Shown here piece after piece: positions 7,843 to 19,163 of a stretch of 64,000 bases of DNA. The first letter of the stretch is position 1, and each line of letters begins with the position of its first letter. A program made the translations under genes and the position numbers. Source of the stretch: Spirochaetota bacterium (GTDB taxonomy: Bacteria > Spirochaetota > UBA4802 > UBA5550); contig CAXXHB010000003.1 in assembly GCA_963664815.2 (NCBI GenBank), positions 864,001 through 928,000 on the forward strand, read 5' to 3'. The notes under the pieces are model-generated. The model was not told the origin of the DNA. It saw nothing but the letters and a program-made list of their open reading frames with translations, and did not search any database.

Positions 7843-9963
7843 ATGCGTAACAGAAGGATTGTAGTCTATATGTTAATTATTGTTGTTGTTCTTATCGGTT
7901 TTAATGGGACAAAAGAAATAATTTTAGGGAATGAAGCCACAGATACAAAATTGACAGAATTACTTGGAAAGTATACAGAATTAACAAAGGAAAGAGATGC
8001 CATTGCCAAGCAATCAAATAACATTATCATCAGTGAAGCTATATCTGAAAATGATAAACATACGCCTATTTATAAAAAAACAATAGATAAATCAGATAAA
8101 AAATATTTATATAGATCTTTAGCTTCTATCGGTGATACAGATGCAATGATAAATGAACTGTTCGGCATAATGGCGGAAGTTGCTGTTGATAAAGCAAAGA
8201 GTAATACACTGAATATAGTTATAAAAAAGATTCAAAAAGCCTTTAATCAGAAAGAATTAGGTTCAAATTTCCCGGCGACAAAAAGAATCGTCGATTCTCT
8301 TACCGTATCCACCCTTTCATCTTCAAGTCAGTCACTTGTTAACGCACTGGTTATAGATTGTGGTTCTATAATGGAAAAATACATTTCAGTTAATAACACG
8401 TATGGAGCAGTTAGTTCCAGGGATATAGAATTGCTTTTTAAATTATTTTATTCAACCATAATGGATGGGAAGAATGACCCTGTAGATTTAATGAACAGCT
8501 TTGCAATGATTAAATGGAGCAATGATAAAATAAATATAATTCTAATTGCAGTAAGAACATTTGAAAAGATGCCTGATGTCTCACCAGAAGAGATGATTGG
8601 TTATATAGATGATATTATAGATAATTATAATTCTTATTGTATTAAAAATGGTAAAGTAACAGTTAGTACAAATATAATAAATAGATCTGAGTTGCTGATG
8701 ATACTTAGAAGCTATGATAAAGCTGTCAGGAATGGGGCAGTGTACACAAGTTCATCCGGGGAGAAATTAAGGTTAAAAGAGCTTTCTGATCTGTACTTTT
8801 CAATGCTGAGAATAATTATGAATGATGAAGATAAATGCAATATTTACATCAACACCATGGAGAGATTGATAAACGCAAGAATTCAAAATAACAATCAGGA
8901 GTTTGTCACGGCAATATTTGATATTATTGAACTGACACTTAAAGACAAAGGTTATTTTGGTTTTAAACAAAGCTTAAAACAGATAAATGATCAACTGGAT
9001 GACATTAATGAACGGATTTTGGGATGTAAAAGCGAAAATGATAAAAAAGCTGTTATCGAAGTACTTAAGAATTGCAAGGGAAATTTAAAGGACATTGAGG
9101 AGAATGCCGAATCAGCATATAAAGATTATAATAAAAGTGATCTGAATAATTATAAGGAGCTTTATGGTTCATATAGTAAAAAATATGAAAGCATACAAAA
9201 AAACATCAAAACATTAAAAGATAATATTATAATTCTTAAAGGTGTTCTTAATATAGACCATTGTTTGGACTCAGAAGAAAATATTAAAATTGGTTTATTG
9301 ATAGATTCGATCGATGGTAAAATTACGGAGTGGGATAATAAGTTAGAGAAATATATAGCTTTTTATAATTCAGAGATTGGTATGGTTATAAAGAGATTTA
9401 AAAGAATAAAACCTCTGGTCAACGCTGCAGTTGCCTATACGGCAACTTACTCAAGCGATCAAACAGATGAAAAGGATTTGAAAGAATCCAGAAAACAGAT
9501 TGTTGAAAATCTTATAACCGAGACAGCGAACAGGTACGAGAGATATGATGAATGGATATTCTCAATAGGTATTAATACAGGTTTTATGTTCCCCGGACAT
9601 ACAAAAGATGGCTGGAATTTTTATCCACCGCAGGTAAGTCTTCCTCTTGGTTTTTACTTGCAGTCTATGCCTGAAGAAAATTCAGGATTTTCGTTAGGTC
9701 ATATCGGTTTGTATTTTTTTGATCTTGGGCAATATGTTTTTTATGACAAGAACAGTGATGTTAAAGAGGCATCATGGAAAAATGCTTTTACGCTGGGAAT
9801 GCAATTGGGTTTTTTCATTTTCAGTTCACCCGATATGTTATTTAACGCAGGAATTGATGTCAGGTATTCACCTGCTCTTCATACTGAGGGGGAAAAGAGA
9901 CGGGATGATATCTGGGCTGGCGTCTATTGTTCTTACTATGTGCCGTTTTTTGATTTTAATTAA
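7843..9963 (+). CDS. Large exported hypothetical protein with helical body and beta-strand-rich C-terminus
   Basis: 706 aa; signal-like N-terminus; GGGGG RBS; C-terminal amphipathic strands ending YYVPFFDFN. Confidence 0.75.
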   Translation: MRNRRIVVYMLIIVVVLIGFNGTKEIILGNEATDTKLTELLGKYTELTKERDAIAKQSNNIIISEAISENDKHTPIYKKTIDKSDKKYLYRSLASIGDTDAMINELFGIMAEVAVDKAKSNTLNIVIKKIQKAFNQKELGSNFPATKRIVDSLTVSTLSSSSQSLVNALVIDCGSIMEKYISVNNTYGAVSSRDIELLFKLFYSTIMDGKNDPVDLMNSFAMIKWSNDKINIILIAVRTFEKMPDVSPEEMIGYIDDIIDNYNSYCIKNGKVTVSTNIINRSELLMILRSYDKAVRNGAVYTSSSGEKLRLKELSDLYFSMLRIIMNDEDKCNIYINTMERLINARIQNNNQEFVTAIFDIIELTLKDKGYFGFKQSLKQINDQLDDINERILGCKSENDKKAVIEVLKNCKGNLKDIEENAESAYKDYNKSDLNNYKELYGSYSKKYESIQKNIKTLKDNIIILKGVLNIDHCLDSEENIKIGLLIDSIDGKITEWDNKLEKYIAFYNSEIGMVIKRFKRIKPLVNAAVAYTATYSSDQTDEKDLKESRKQIVENLITETANRYERYDEWIFSIGINTGFMFPGHTKDGWNFYPPQVSLPLGFYLQSMPEENSGFSLGHIGLYFFDLGQYVFYDKNSDVKEASWKNAFTLGMQLGFFIFSSPDMLFNAGIDVRYSPALHTEGEKRRDDIWAGVYCSYYVPFFDFN

Positions 9964-10085
9964 TTTGTAAGTTATTCTGCTGTTCCGGTATTCACGGGAT
10001 CAATGTTAAAAAAATTTTTAAAATGTGTAAAACTAAATCAGCTCTCTGCTTCATTTGAGCCTGCCGAATTACATGAACAGCACCA

Positions 10086-10240
10086 TTCGACTCCGCGGTT
10101 GGTGAGCCTGTCGAACTACAGGGAGCGTGGTGTACATAAATTTTAGATAGTTCACTCAAGCACCGCTCGTTGAGCGGAGTCGAAACGGGAAAGCTCTTTC
10201 GTGCACCGCTCGTTGAGCGGAGTCGAAACGAGCATGTTCA
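10086..10240. repeat. Intergenic REP-like palindromic element
   Basis: 28-bp GCACCGCTCGTTGAGCGGAGTCGAAACG at 10160-10187 and 10203-10230; 10086-10121 matches 3511-3546 at 32/36. Confidence 0.85.
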
Positions 10241-10530
10241 CTCAAACACTTCATTCCTGTAGCATAAATCACCACATGTATGTAGCAACAGACACCATTA
10301 AAAATTGCCCGTGTGGTAATTTTTAGACTTGCCTTTATTTTAATTTAGATACTTATTCTATAATAGCGAAGTTTTATTTTAAACAGAGAATCCCCGTTAT
10401 CGGTTATATGTAGTTACGCTGATTATCGGGAGTTGGCCGGTTTTTTCTTATAATCTGCTGTATGCACCGGGGAGATGTATTCTTCTGTTTAAACTGAATT
10501 CACTAAAAATAAAAAAATGAGGTAAAAAAT

Positions 10531-11310
10531 ATGGATTTTAAAAGTCTGCTTTTTGAAAAAGAGAACGGTATAGCCATTATAACCCTTAACCGTCCGAAAG
10601 CCTTCAACGCGATAAATGATGAACTGATAAGGGAACTTGCAGTGGCTGTAGACCAGATCGCCTCTGATGATTCAGTAGGCGCTGTTATCATTACCGGCGG
10701 CAGCAAGGTGTTTGCTGCGGGGGGAGATATAACATATATGCAGACAGCCGATCCTCTTAAAGCAGAGGCGTTTATTGCCGAATGTCATGCAACAATGGAT
10801 AAAATAGAAAACCTGGACAAGCCGGTAATCGCTGCAATTGCAGGTATGGCTCTTGGCGGCGGATGTGAGCTTGCACTGTCATGTGATATACGTATAGCGG
10901 CAGAGGATGCAGCATTCGGTCAGCCGGAGATCAATCTTGGAATTATGCCCGGCGCAGGGGGGACGCAGCGTCTTGCCAAGACTGTCGGTGTAGGCTGGGC
11001 AAAACAGCTTATCTACACGGGGGATAACCTGAAAGCGGCCGATGCGTTCCGTATAGGCCTTGTAACAAAGGTTGTGCCGGGAGAGACATTGATGGATGAG
11101 GCTAAAAAGCTTGCCGGCAAACTTGCGTCCAAAGGGGCCATAGCAATGAGAATGTCTAAAAAATGCATCAACTACGGAATGAATGTAGACCTCAGATCCG
11201 GCCTGATATTTGAACAGAAAATCTGGGCGTTTCTTTTTGCTACTGAAGATCAGAAAGAGGGGATGAAGGCCTTTATAGAAAAACGTAAACCGCAGTTTAA
11301 AAACAGGTAA
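10531..11310 (+). CDS. Enoyl-CoA hydratase (crotonase family)
   Basis: FAAGGDI, ALGGGCELALSCDIR, FGQPEINLGIMPGAGGTQRL. Confidence 0.95.
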   Translation: MDFKSLLFEKENGIAIITLNRPKAFNAINDELIRELAVAVDQIASDDSVGAVIITGGSKVFAAGGDITYMQTADPLKAEAFIAECHATMDKIENLDKPVIAAIAGMALGGGCELALSCDIRIAAEDAAFGQPEINLGIMPGAGGTQRLAKTVGVGWAKQLIYTGDNLKAADAFRIGLVTKVVPGETLMDEAKKLAGKLASKGAIAMRMSKKCINYGMNVDLRSGLIFEQKIWAFLFATEDQKEGMKAFIEKRKPQFKNR

Positions 11311-11331
11311 TAACCTCTGATAAATTGTTCT

Positions 11332-11370
11332 GATAACCCGGAGTATTGTTAATGATATTTCGGGTTATTA
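11332..11370 (+). terminator. Hairpin after the crotonase gene
   Basis: ATAACCCGGAGTAT ... ATATTTCGGGTTAT inverted repeat. Confidence 0.5.
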
Positions 11371-11658
11371 AAAACACTGTATTAAGCTCTTCAACCCGGT
11401 TTAAACCACACAAAAGTGTCAATCTTGCGACCTGTAGATTATTACAGGATATAATATTACTTCTGATATAAAATTTTAGATTATTTCAAATTATTTCATT
11501 GAAATATTCAAATTTCCCTGATTTAAATCAGGAAATTACATCAAAAATAACGTCAGACTCTATGTGCTCCTTTAGTGCCGGATTGCCCGATTAATATCTG
11601 TAATCGGGAGCTGTTTTATAAAAACATAAAGAATGTTTGCTGAAAAAAGGGGGATATT

Positions 11659-13230
11659 ATGAAAGAAAAATATACTGCCAGTGAAGCTTTGCAGATAAGA
11701 ACCACCTTCGCATATTTAATGGCACTGACAATGACATTAACAATCGCCACTGGTTTTTTGATTTACGCAAGAATGCCAATCAGGGAGCTTCTCCCATCAG
11801 TTTCAATATGTTTTGTATGTATTGTCCTGGCCTTCATTCAGTACAGGTTAAAGGTTAACAGGAGGGATTCGCTTGTTATCCCCTGGGTTATCTCTTCCAT
11901 TACTATTATTATACCATTTTTTGTTAAAATAAAATATGCCATGACTCATGGATGGACTTTTGCCCTTGAATCATACAATTCATCGATGATGATAGTTATA
12001 ATGATCCTTATTACCTGCCTCTTTTTAAGGGAGAAACTTTTCGTGACAATATCCCTGATCGCTATTATCTGTTGGAGTATACTGCTCTATATCGCGCTGA
12101 CCCATGGTGCCGAATATTCATGGAATGCTGTAGTCAACGGAAAGATATTTCATGGAATAATCCCCGGGAGGGAGATCTTTTTAATAATAGGAACGGGTAT
12201 TGTGGCTTATGTTGCCTTCAGGCTGATAAGGATAATAAACAAATTTGAAAAAACATCTTCGGGACAGAAGATTGAGATTGAAAAAAGAATCGAGCAGATG
12301 CACAATATGAATGTGGAGATCAGGGATAAGGTGAATCTTCTCTTCAGTGAAGTAGACTCACAGAACGGCCTTGTGATGAAGTTCAACGACAGAATGCAGA
12401 GTCAGGCTGCTACTTTTGAAGAGATATCTGCAACCCTTGAAGAGCTCAGAGGGTCGTCTGAGAGTATACACACCTCAACCATTGAGCAGATAAATGGTAA
12501 TGTTAAAATGGATGAAATCATAGTTGACTTCCGCCATATAAAGAGTGAGACAAAGGAGAACCTTAACCAGACATATGCGCAGATCCAGGGTATCGCCAGC
12601 AGAACTAATGAAGCCAATGCAAAAATCATCGATGTTGAAAATACCATGAATACCATAGCAAATCAGAGCAGTAAAATTTCGGAAACCGTAAACATTATAG
12701 TTGATATAGCAGACAAGATTAACCTTCTTTCGCTGAATGCAAGCATCGAGGCTGCACGTGCAGGCGATCAGGGGAAGGGATTTGCTGTTGTTGCCGATGA
12801 AATAGGGAAGCTGGCTTTCCTTACGACTGAGAGTATAAAGGATATTGAAAAGGTTCTCAGTTTTAATAACTCGGTTACCAAAAAAGGGGTTGATGTCATA
12901 AAGGTATCCTCTGCGACGATAAAGGAGATGATAAACTCCATAGCGGGTAGCAATCAGAATATCCAGATCCTCCAGGATAGCCTTCTGATAGAGGAGAAGT
13001 ATATCAACTCTATTTTAAAACAGATGGAGGAGAATATAAGGCTTGCGAGATTTATTGGTACGGGAACCGATGAACAGAAGAATGCGCTGGAAAATACCGG
13101 CAACGCCATTGAAGACCTTAACATGACTGTGGCGGAGATGGTAAGGGAGATAAATGAGCTGGCAGACTCCTCGAAAATTATTCTTGAAAGTGCAAGGTTT
13201 CTTCTGGGGAAGGCGGATGAAACTGTCTGA
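11659..13230 (+). CDS. Methyl-accepting chemotaxis protein
   Basis: Multi-TM N-terminus; INLLSLNASIEAARAGDQGKGFAVVADEIGKLA. Confidence 0.95.
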   Translation: MKEKYTASEALQIRTTFAYLMALTMTLTIATGFLIYARMPIRELLPSVSICFVCIVLAFIQYRLKVNRRDSLVIPWVISSITIIIPFFVKIKYAMTHGWTFALESYNSSMMIVIMILITCLFLREKLFVTISLIAIICWSILLYIALTHGAEYSWNAVVNGKIFHGIIPGREIFLIIGTGIVAYVAFRLIRIINKFEKTSSGQKIEIEKRIEQMHNMNVEIRDKVNLLFSEVDSQNGLVMKFNDRMQSQAATFEEISATLEELRGSSESIHTSTIEQINGNVKMDEIIVDFRHIKSETKENLNQTYAQIQGIASRTNEANAKIIDVENTMNTIANQSSKISETVNIIVDIADKINLLSLNASIEAARAGDQGKGFAVVADEIGKLAFLTTESIKDIEKVLSFNNSVTKKGVDVIKVSSATIKEMINSIAGSNQNIQILQDSLLIEEKYINSILKQMEENIRLARFIGTGTDEQKNALENTGNAIEDLNMTVAEMVREINELADSSKIILESARFLLGKADETV

Positions 13231-13327
13231 AGGATTGCCCGCGGTTTTTTAAAACTATTCAGTAATTCACTAAAGATCTGCTCATCCTGAAGCGATTAAT
13301 ATGTAAGTTGTTCAGGATAAATCACCA

Positions 13328-14041
13328 ATGTTATGGAATAAAATAAAGTTTACAACAAGCAGATTAAGCTATAAACATATGTTGTTTCTTTTCCTGCTGC
13401 TGCCGTATATTACTGATTATCTGGAGGGTGGTCATTTCCCTGAAAAGGCTACTGAATGGATTACGGAAATTGTTATGACAATAGTTATCAGTTATACTAT
13501 TTTCATAATATATCGTCAGTATGCAAAGCTCGAAAAGCTTTCTCTGAGCGATCATCTCACCGGTATCGGAAACAGGCGTCTGTTCGAAATGGACCTTAAC
13601 CGTGAAATACTGAGAACTAAACGGAAAGGGAGCGGGCTTATTCTGTTATTTTTTGACCTTGATGGTTTTAAACAGATAAATGATATTTATGGTCATCAGC
13701 ATGGCGATCAGGTGCTTATTGATTTTGCCTGCGGGTTATCTGATTTTATCAGAAAAGGTTCAGATTCATGCTATAGATTCGGCGGTGATGAATTTGCACT
13801 TTTAATGACAGATATAAAGGGACAGGAATTAATAAACATTGAAAGAAAAATTGATAAACGTTTAACAAAAATAGTTTACAACAGATTACCAGATGGAGTT
13901 TCGGCATCAAGAGGTCTTGTTATACTGAAAGATAATGAAGATTTTAATGAATTTCTGAAGAGAGCGGATGAGGCGATGTACCGGGCTAAAAGTGAAAGAA
14001 AATCATTCAGAAATAAATCTGCAAAGAGAAAAGTTCATTAG
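13328..14041 (+). CDS. Membrane-anchored diguanylate cyclase (GGDEF)
   Basis: DHLTGIGNRR, DLDGFKQIND, RFGGDEF; two TM helices. Confidence 0.93.
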   Translation: MLWNKIKFTTSRLSYKHMLFLFLLLPYITDYLEGGHFPEKATEWITEIVMTIVISYTIFIIYRQYAKLEKLSLSDHLTGIGNRRLFEMDLNREILRTKRKGSGLILLFFDLDGFKQINDIYGHQHGDQVLIDFACGLSDFIRKGSDSCYRFGGDEFALLMTDIKGQELINIERKIDKRLTKIVYNRLPDGVSASRGLVILKDNEDFNEFLKRADEAMYRAKSERKSFRNKSAKRKVH

Positions 14042-14143
14042 CCATGTCCGGAAAAATATTGTTTACTTTAAATAATATTCAGTGGGGGTTACAATTTCTC
14101 CTGATTATCTGTATTTTAAATATAAAAAGCAAGGAGCATTAAT

Positions 14144-14839
14144 ATGAAAAAATATGGCGCAGAGTTTTTCGGCACATTCTGGCTTGTTCTCGGGGGTTGC
14201 GGCAGCGCGGTAATTGCAGCATCGTTCCCCTGTGTAGGGATAGGGCTTCTGGGGGTTTCCATTGCCTTTGGTCTTACGGTTCTTACAATGGCCTATGCAA
14301 TAGGTCATATATCGGGATGCCATCTTAATCCTGCGGTCTCAATAGGACTCTGGGCGGGCGGCCGTTTTGAAGCGAAGGAGTTATTGCCATACATTATTGC
14401 CCAGGTGGCCGGAGCAATCGCCGCAGGCGGCGTGTTGTATTTTATAGCAGGCGGGAGGCCGGGCTTCGATCTGGCTGCGGGGTTTGCTTCAAACGGTTAT
14501 GGTGCACATTCGCCGGGCGGGTACTCCCTTGCTGCTGCTCTTGTAACTGAGGTTGTGATGACAATGATGTTCCTTGTTATTATTCTCGGCGCAACAGACA
14601 AACGCGCGCCCCAGGGTTTTGCCCCTGTTGCAATCGGTCTGGGCCTTACTTTGATACATCTTATCAGTATACCCGTTACCAATACATCGGTAAACCCTGC
14701 CCGCAGTACAGGTGTAGCCATATTTGCCGGCGACTGGGCGCTGGCACAGCTCTGGCTCTTCTGGCTTGCGCCAATCATCGGCGCGTTGTTCGGGGCTCTT
14801 GTCTACAGATTCATTATAGGTTCAGACGACAGTAATTAA
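14144..14839 (+). CDS. aqpZ: Aquaporin Z
   Basis: [17 protein letters not shown]; two NPA motifs (HLNPAV, SVNPAR). Confidence 0.97.
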   Translation: MKKYGAEFFGTFWLVLGGCGSAVIAASFPCVGIGLLGVSIAFGLTVLTMAYAIGHISGCHLNPAVSIGLWAGGRFEAKELLPYIIAQVAGAIAAGGVLYFIAGGRPGFDLAAGFASNGYGAHSPGGYSLAAALVTEVVMTMMFLVIILGATDKRAPQGFAPVAIGLGLTLIHLISIPVTNTSVNPARSTGVAIFAGDWALAQLWLFWLAPIIGALFGALVYRFIIGSDDSN

Positions 14840-14847
14840 AACGGGAT

Positions 14848-15315
14848 CTACTCGGGCGGAGTGCCGAAATCGTATCTCCGCTTGATGTACTTCATTATAA
14901 CCGAGGTTTCAACCTGCTCGATACCGTCAATCTGGCTTATGCGGTTGTAGACAAGGGTATGCAGTTCTTCAAGGTTTTTCACTATAAACTCGGCGTTTAT
15001 GTTGTATCGTCCGGTGGTTGCAACTATATACCAGAGCTCCCTGAAGTTGCCCAGTTCCCTGATTACATTGTCCATCTTTTTCATATCAACGGAGATATTG
15101 AGGTCGCCGGTGATCTCGAATCCCAGTTTAAGCGGATTCGAGACCGCAACTATCTGGATAATCTCGTCTTCAGTAAGGCGCTTTATTCTTCCCCTCACTG
15201 TAGCCTCCGATACATCTAGCATCTTTGCAATATCGGTATTGCTTGTGCGTCCGTCTTTCTGAAGTATCGATATTATTCCCGAATCGAGTTCATCTATGTA
15301 ACGTTTTTCATTCAT
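14848..15315 (-). CDS. Lrp/AsnC family transcriptional regulator
   Basis: IDELDSGIISILQKDGRTSNTDIAKMLDVSEATVRGRIKRL. Confidence 0.95.
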   Translation of the reverse strand: MNEKRYIDELDSGIISILQKDGRTSNTDIAKMLDVSEATVRGRIKRLTEDEIIQIVAVSNPLKLGFEITGDLNISVDMKKMDNVIRELGNFRELWYIVATTGRYNINAEFIVKNLEELHTLVYNRISQIDGIEQVETSVIMKYIKRRYDFGTPPE

Positions 15316-15324
15316 AATCTTTTT

Positions 15325-16149
15325 CTATTCGTATGAATGTTCCTTTGCCGGAAAGCTTCTCTCTTTTACCTCCCTGTCATATGCATCAAGGGCGTTCTTT
15401 GACTGTGTATAAAGGTCGGCATATTTCTTTACAAATTTGGGATGGAAGTCGGGATCAAGGCCGAGAAGATCGTTTATTACAAGGACCTGTCCGTCACAGC
15501 CGTTTCCTGCTCCTATTCCTATTGTCGGGATATCGAGTTTTTCAGATATCTCCTTTGCAAGAGGCGCCGGAACTTTTTCCAGTACAATTGAAAATGCGCC
15601 GGCCTCCTGGAGAATGATGGCGTCCTCGATAAGCCTCCTTCTCTTGTCCTCTTCACGCCCCTGGACAGAGTATCCTCCAAGCTTGTGTACAGACTGCGGC
15701 GTCAAACCGAGGTGCCCCATTACAGGGATTGACGCTGCTGTGAGGGCCTCAACTACGGCGCGGAACTCTCTCCCCCCCTCCAGTTTTACAGCGTTGACGT
15801 TTGTCTCCTTCATCATGCGTCCCGCGTTACGCAGGGAATCCTCAGTGGAGATATGGTAACTCATAAAGGGCATGTCAATAATTACAAACTTTGATGGCGC
15901 GCCGCGTTTAACAATTTCAGCGTGATATATCATCTGGTCAACGGTTACCGGTATGGTTGTCTCGTATCCGGCAACGGCATTTCCGAGTGAATCCCCTACA
16001 AGTATAACATCCATCCCGGTGCCGTCGATAATGCGGGCAAATGCATGTTCGTAACAGGTTACCATTGAAATGGGTATTCCTGACTCTTTTCGTTTTCTGA
16101 AATCATTGATTGTAAAAGCCTGTGTTTTAGTGTTAACCATGGTGCTCAT
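15325..16149 (-). CDS. panB: 3-methyl-2-oxobutanoate hydroxymethyltransferase
   Basis: ILVGDSLG, VKLEGG, GHLGLTPQS, IGIGAG..CDGQVLV; ATG 16149 follows GGAGG. Confidence 0.96.
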   Translation of the reverse strand: MSTMVNTKTQAFTINDFRKRKESGIPISMVTCYEHAFARIIDGTGMDVILVGDSLGNAVAGYETTIPVTVDQMIYHAEIVKRGAPSKFVIIDMPFMSYHISTEDSLRNAGRMMKETNVNAVKLEGGREFRAVVEALTAASIPVMGHLGLTPQSVHKLGGYSVQGREEDKRRRLIEDAIILQEAGAFSIVLEKVPAPLAKEISEKLDIPTIGIGAGNGCDGQVLVINDLLGLDPDFHPKFVKKYADLYTQSKNALDAYDREVKERSFPAKEHSYE

Positions 16150-16577
16150 GCTGAAAACCTCCACAAGAGTAGTTGTCAGTTTCAATAACCCGATTTTTAA
16201 AAGGTTCTGAGGCTGATTTTAACTATTTTAAAAATCTGATCCTGAAACAGTCATAATGTAATAAATATGCGATATATATAAAAAATGTCAATAAAATATA
16301 CGAATAAAACATAAAAAAATAAAAAATATTGCGAAATACAGGAGATATTGTTTAAAAGAGAAAAAACAATATAATTTTGCACTAAAATATATATTAAGGA
16401 ATCATTCCTTATGTTTTAAATTATATTACTGTATCAGCAGAGATTTTAAAATACCGAAATGTGGTTGAATTTTTTTATTAATATGTTAAAATTTAAATGG
16501 GGCTGGTATATGATTTTAGTCAGTCCTTCTTAAAAGTGTTAATATCTGACAGAAAAGTGATTCAAAGGAGATTTTTT

Positions 16578-17183
16578 ATGAAACGGGTTATTGCTTTTTC
16601 AGTTTTGATTTTATCAACATATATATTTTATGATAACAGTCAGGGGGGAGTTGCATTTTATACAATCCCTTCGCTTTCTGTCGCAGCTGAAAGGTTTGAT
16701 ACCCCTCCGTTGAACAGGTTTTTTTTCATAAAATCGGCACAGTCGGGGACTCAGAATGCGGGGTACTGGGATCAGCAGGGAACCCCCGTAAAATTCAGGG
16801 ATGGTGAAAATCTTGCTCTTAATGTGAAAGACAGCAAACCGGATCAGCAGTTCAGGTTCATAAACGCAGGTGCCGGTTTCTGCTATATAGAAACAAAAAT
16901 CGGTGGACTTGTTGATGTTTCAGGGAACAGGAGGGATAACGGCACCAGTGTCCAGATATGGAAAGGGCATGGAGGGAGCAACCAGCTGTTCAGGTTTAAA
17001 CATGTGGGGGAGGGTCGCTGGAAGATATATGCTGGTAACGGAACTGTGGTATCTGCGCCGCAGGATTACAGTAACGGTTCCTTTGTACATGTATGGGAGG
17101 ACAGGGAGGGGCCCTGGATGGAGTGGTATTTTGAAGACGCTGCAACAGGGAAGGTTTACAAGCCGCAGTCGAAGAATAAATGA
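16578..17183 (+). CDS. Exported RICIN (beta-trefoil) domain protein
   Basis: Signal-like N-terminus; QxF/QxW repeats (DQQFRF, VQIW, NQLFRF); AAGGAG RBS. Confidence 0.8.
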   Translation: MKRVIAFSVLILSTYIFYDNSQGGVAFYTIPSLSVAAERFDTPPLNRFFFIKSAQSGTQNAGYWDQQGTPVKFRDGENLALNVKDSKPDQQFRFINAGAGFCYIETKIGGLVDVSGNRRDNGTSVQIWKGHGGSNQLFRFKHVGEGRWKIYAGNGTVVSAPQDYSNGSFVHVWEDREGPWMEWYFEDAATGKVYKPQSKNK

Positions 17184-17189
17184 AGATTG

Positions 17190-17216
17190 AAAAGCCCGCC
17201 GTAAGGCGGGCTTTTG
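17190..17216. terminator. Bidirectional rho-independent terminator
   Basis: AAAAGCCCGCC-GTAA-GGCGGGCTTTT between convergent genes. Confidence 0.9.
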
Positions 17217-17326
17217 ATTATGAGGTATATTTTGTTATTGATTCTTCCGGCTGCTGATATATCCTGATATTGATATTCTCTGCTGTTGGTACTTTCCGTA
17301 ATTCTTTCTGTCGATGATATATATTT

Positions 17327-18652
17327 TCAATTATATGTTTCAGAGCCGAGAGATGTTACAGGGGGCTCATTTTTAAGCCACCTGAGCGTGTTTTTAAACC
17401 GCATAATCTGAACAAAAAGGTCATGCTCCGGTTCTTCATCAGGTCTGTGCATGGGGCTTTTCCAGTAGAATGAGAGCCACTCCTGATTTCCTGAAAGTCC
17501 TGCCCTCTGCGAAAGGTCGAGAAACATTATAAGGTCAAGGACAATCGGCGCCGCAAGTATTGAATCGCGGCAGAGAAAGTTTACCTTTATCTGCATCGGG
17601 TAGCAGAGCCATCCGAATATGTCGATATTGTCCCATCCCTCCTTGTTGTCACCCCTTGGAGGGTAATAGTTAATTGTAACCTTGTGATGAAAGTCGCCAT
17701 ACAGGTCCGGGTATATTTCAGGCTGGCAGATCTGGTGCAGAACCGACAGTTTGCTTACCTCTTTTGATTTAAAAGATTCAGGGTCATCGAGTACCTCTCC
17801 ATCCCTGTTGCCGAGTATGTTTGTTGAAAACCATCCTTTCATGCCGAGCATCCTGGCCTTCAGGCCGGGGGCAAGGAGTGTTTTCATGAATGTCTGTCCC
17901 GATTTGAAGTCTTTTCCCCCCATGGGGGCTTTTCTTTTCTCTGCAAGTTCCCAGAATGCCGGGATATCGTTGCAGAGATTCGGCGCGCCGTTTGCGTATG
18001 GAATGCCCAGATCGAGAGCGGCGTAACAGTATATCATGCTGGGCGCTATTGCCGGGTGATTCTCCCTGAGCGCTTTTTCAAAATTGGCCAGCGTATCATG
18101 GACGCCTGGAACCATAACCTGGTATATCTCTGTGCTTGCACACCATACCATAACCATTCTGGAGAGGTTTTTCTCGTCTTTAAACCTGAGTATATCATCC
18201 TTGACCATCTGTGCGAGATCCCAGTGAGTTGCCCCCTGCTTTACATTTTTACCATCGAGGTTTTTAACAAAGTGCCTGTTGAAAACCGCTTTCCATGGTT
18301 TGATCTTTGCAAGCTCATCTTTCACAAGGTTAAGGTCATCTCTTGTAAGTACCTGGGCGTTAAGGGCTGATTCATAAACTGTATCCTCGAAAATATCCCA
18401 CCCGCCGAACTCCAGATCTTTAAGCTCTGCAAGTGGTATAAAGTCTTTAATGTTAACCTCTCTGGCCTGGTCGCCGGTGCCGACTCTCAGTTTTCCCATC
18501 TGTGACAGGGAGCCTATAGGTTTATTGAGGCCCTTTCTTATCATCATTACACCGGCAATAAATGTTGTGCTTACAGCTCCGAGGCCGGGTATAAGTACAC
18601 CGAGTTTCCCTTCGGGTTTATTAATTTCAATTTTATCAGATGCCACAATCAA
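17327..18652 (-). CDS. ino1: Myo-inositol-1-phosphate synthase
   Basis: GLGAVSTT, GGWDI, GKDFKSGQT, NILGNRDG, RDSILAAPIVLDL. Confidence 0.93.
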   Translation of the reverse strand: MIVASDKIEINKPEGKLGVLIPGLGAVSTTFIAGVMMIRKGLNKPIGSLSQMGKLRVGTGDQAREVNIKDFIPLAELKDLEFGGWDIFEDTVYESALNAQVLTRDDLNLVKDELAKIKPWKAVFNRHFVKNLDGKNVKQGATHWDLAQMVKDDILRFKDEKNLSRMVMVWCASTEIYQVMVPGVHDTLANFEKALRENHPAIAPSMIYCYAALDLGIPYANGAPNLCNDIPAFWELAEKRKAPMGGKDFKSGQTFMKTLLAPGLKARMLGMKGWFSTNILGNRDGEVLDDPESFKSKEVSKLSVLHQICQPEIYPDLYGDFHHKVTINYYPPRGDNKEGWDNIDIFGWLCYPMQIKVNFLCRDSILAAPIVLDLIMFLDLSQRAGLSGNQEWLSFYWKSPMHRPDEEPEHDLFVQIMRFKNTLRWLKNEPPVTSLGSETYN

Positions 18653-19163
18653 ACTCCTTTTATTCAGTAATTTATAAAATACCCGGTATCAATTCCTTAA
18701 CCTATCTTTAAGCAAAATACCTTAATAATTCAACCCCGCATATGATTGATATTGAATTATCTGTTTTTTATACTGATATATATGTTAAAAATATTACCGG
18801 TATATGTCTATGATATTAATTAAACTGCATATTTTCCAGAATATTGAGGGAAATATAACTCATTTTTAATAAATAAACAAAATTATATTACGCAATAGTT
18901 GTGCCATAAATATTTTTTAATAAAAAAACGGTTAACTTTGATTTAATCAGCATCTTCGACGATTTAACATAATAATGAAAAGTGATGGCAGGTTAACTTT
19001 TGAGTTCTGTATCAATTTTACAACATATGTATAATTAATTGATACAGAATTAATACACTATTCCTTTATATCATTTACAGGAATAATCCAGGCAGGCTCC
19101 TGTTAAAGGTAAAAGCCGGCATAATTGGCAGTAAATATATCATGCAGGCCTTTTTGTTTATGC

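Noticed and set aside
10086-10240. Mini-CRISPR (two identical 28-bp repeats)
   Set aside because: Spacer is only 15 nt, there are just two units, and the same motif occurs inside hsdS; better explained as a REP-like element
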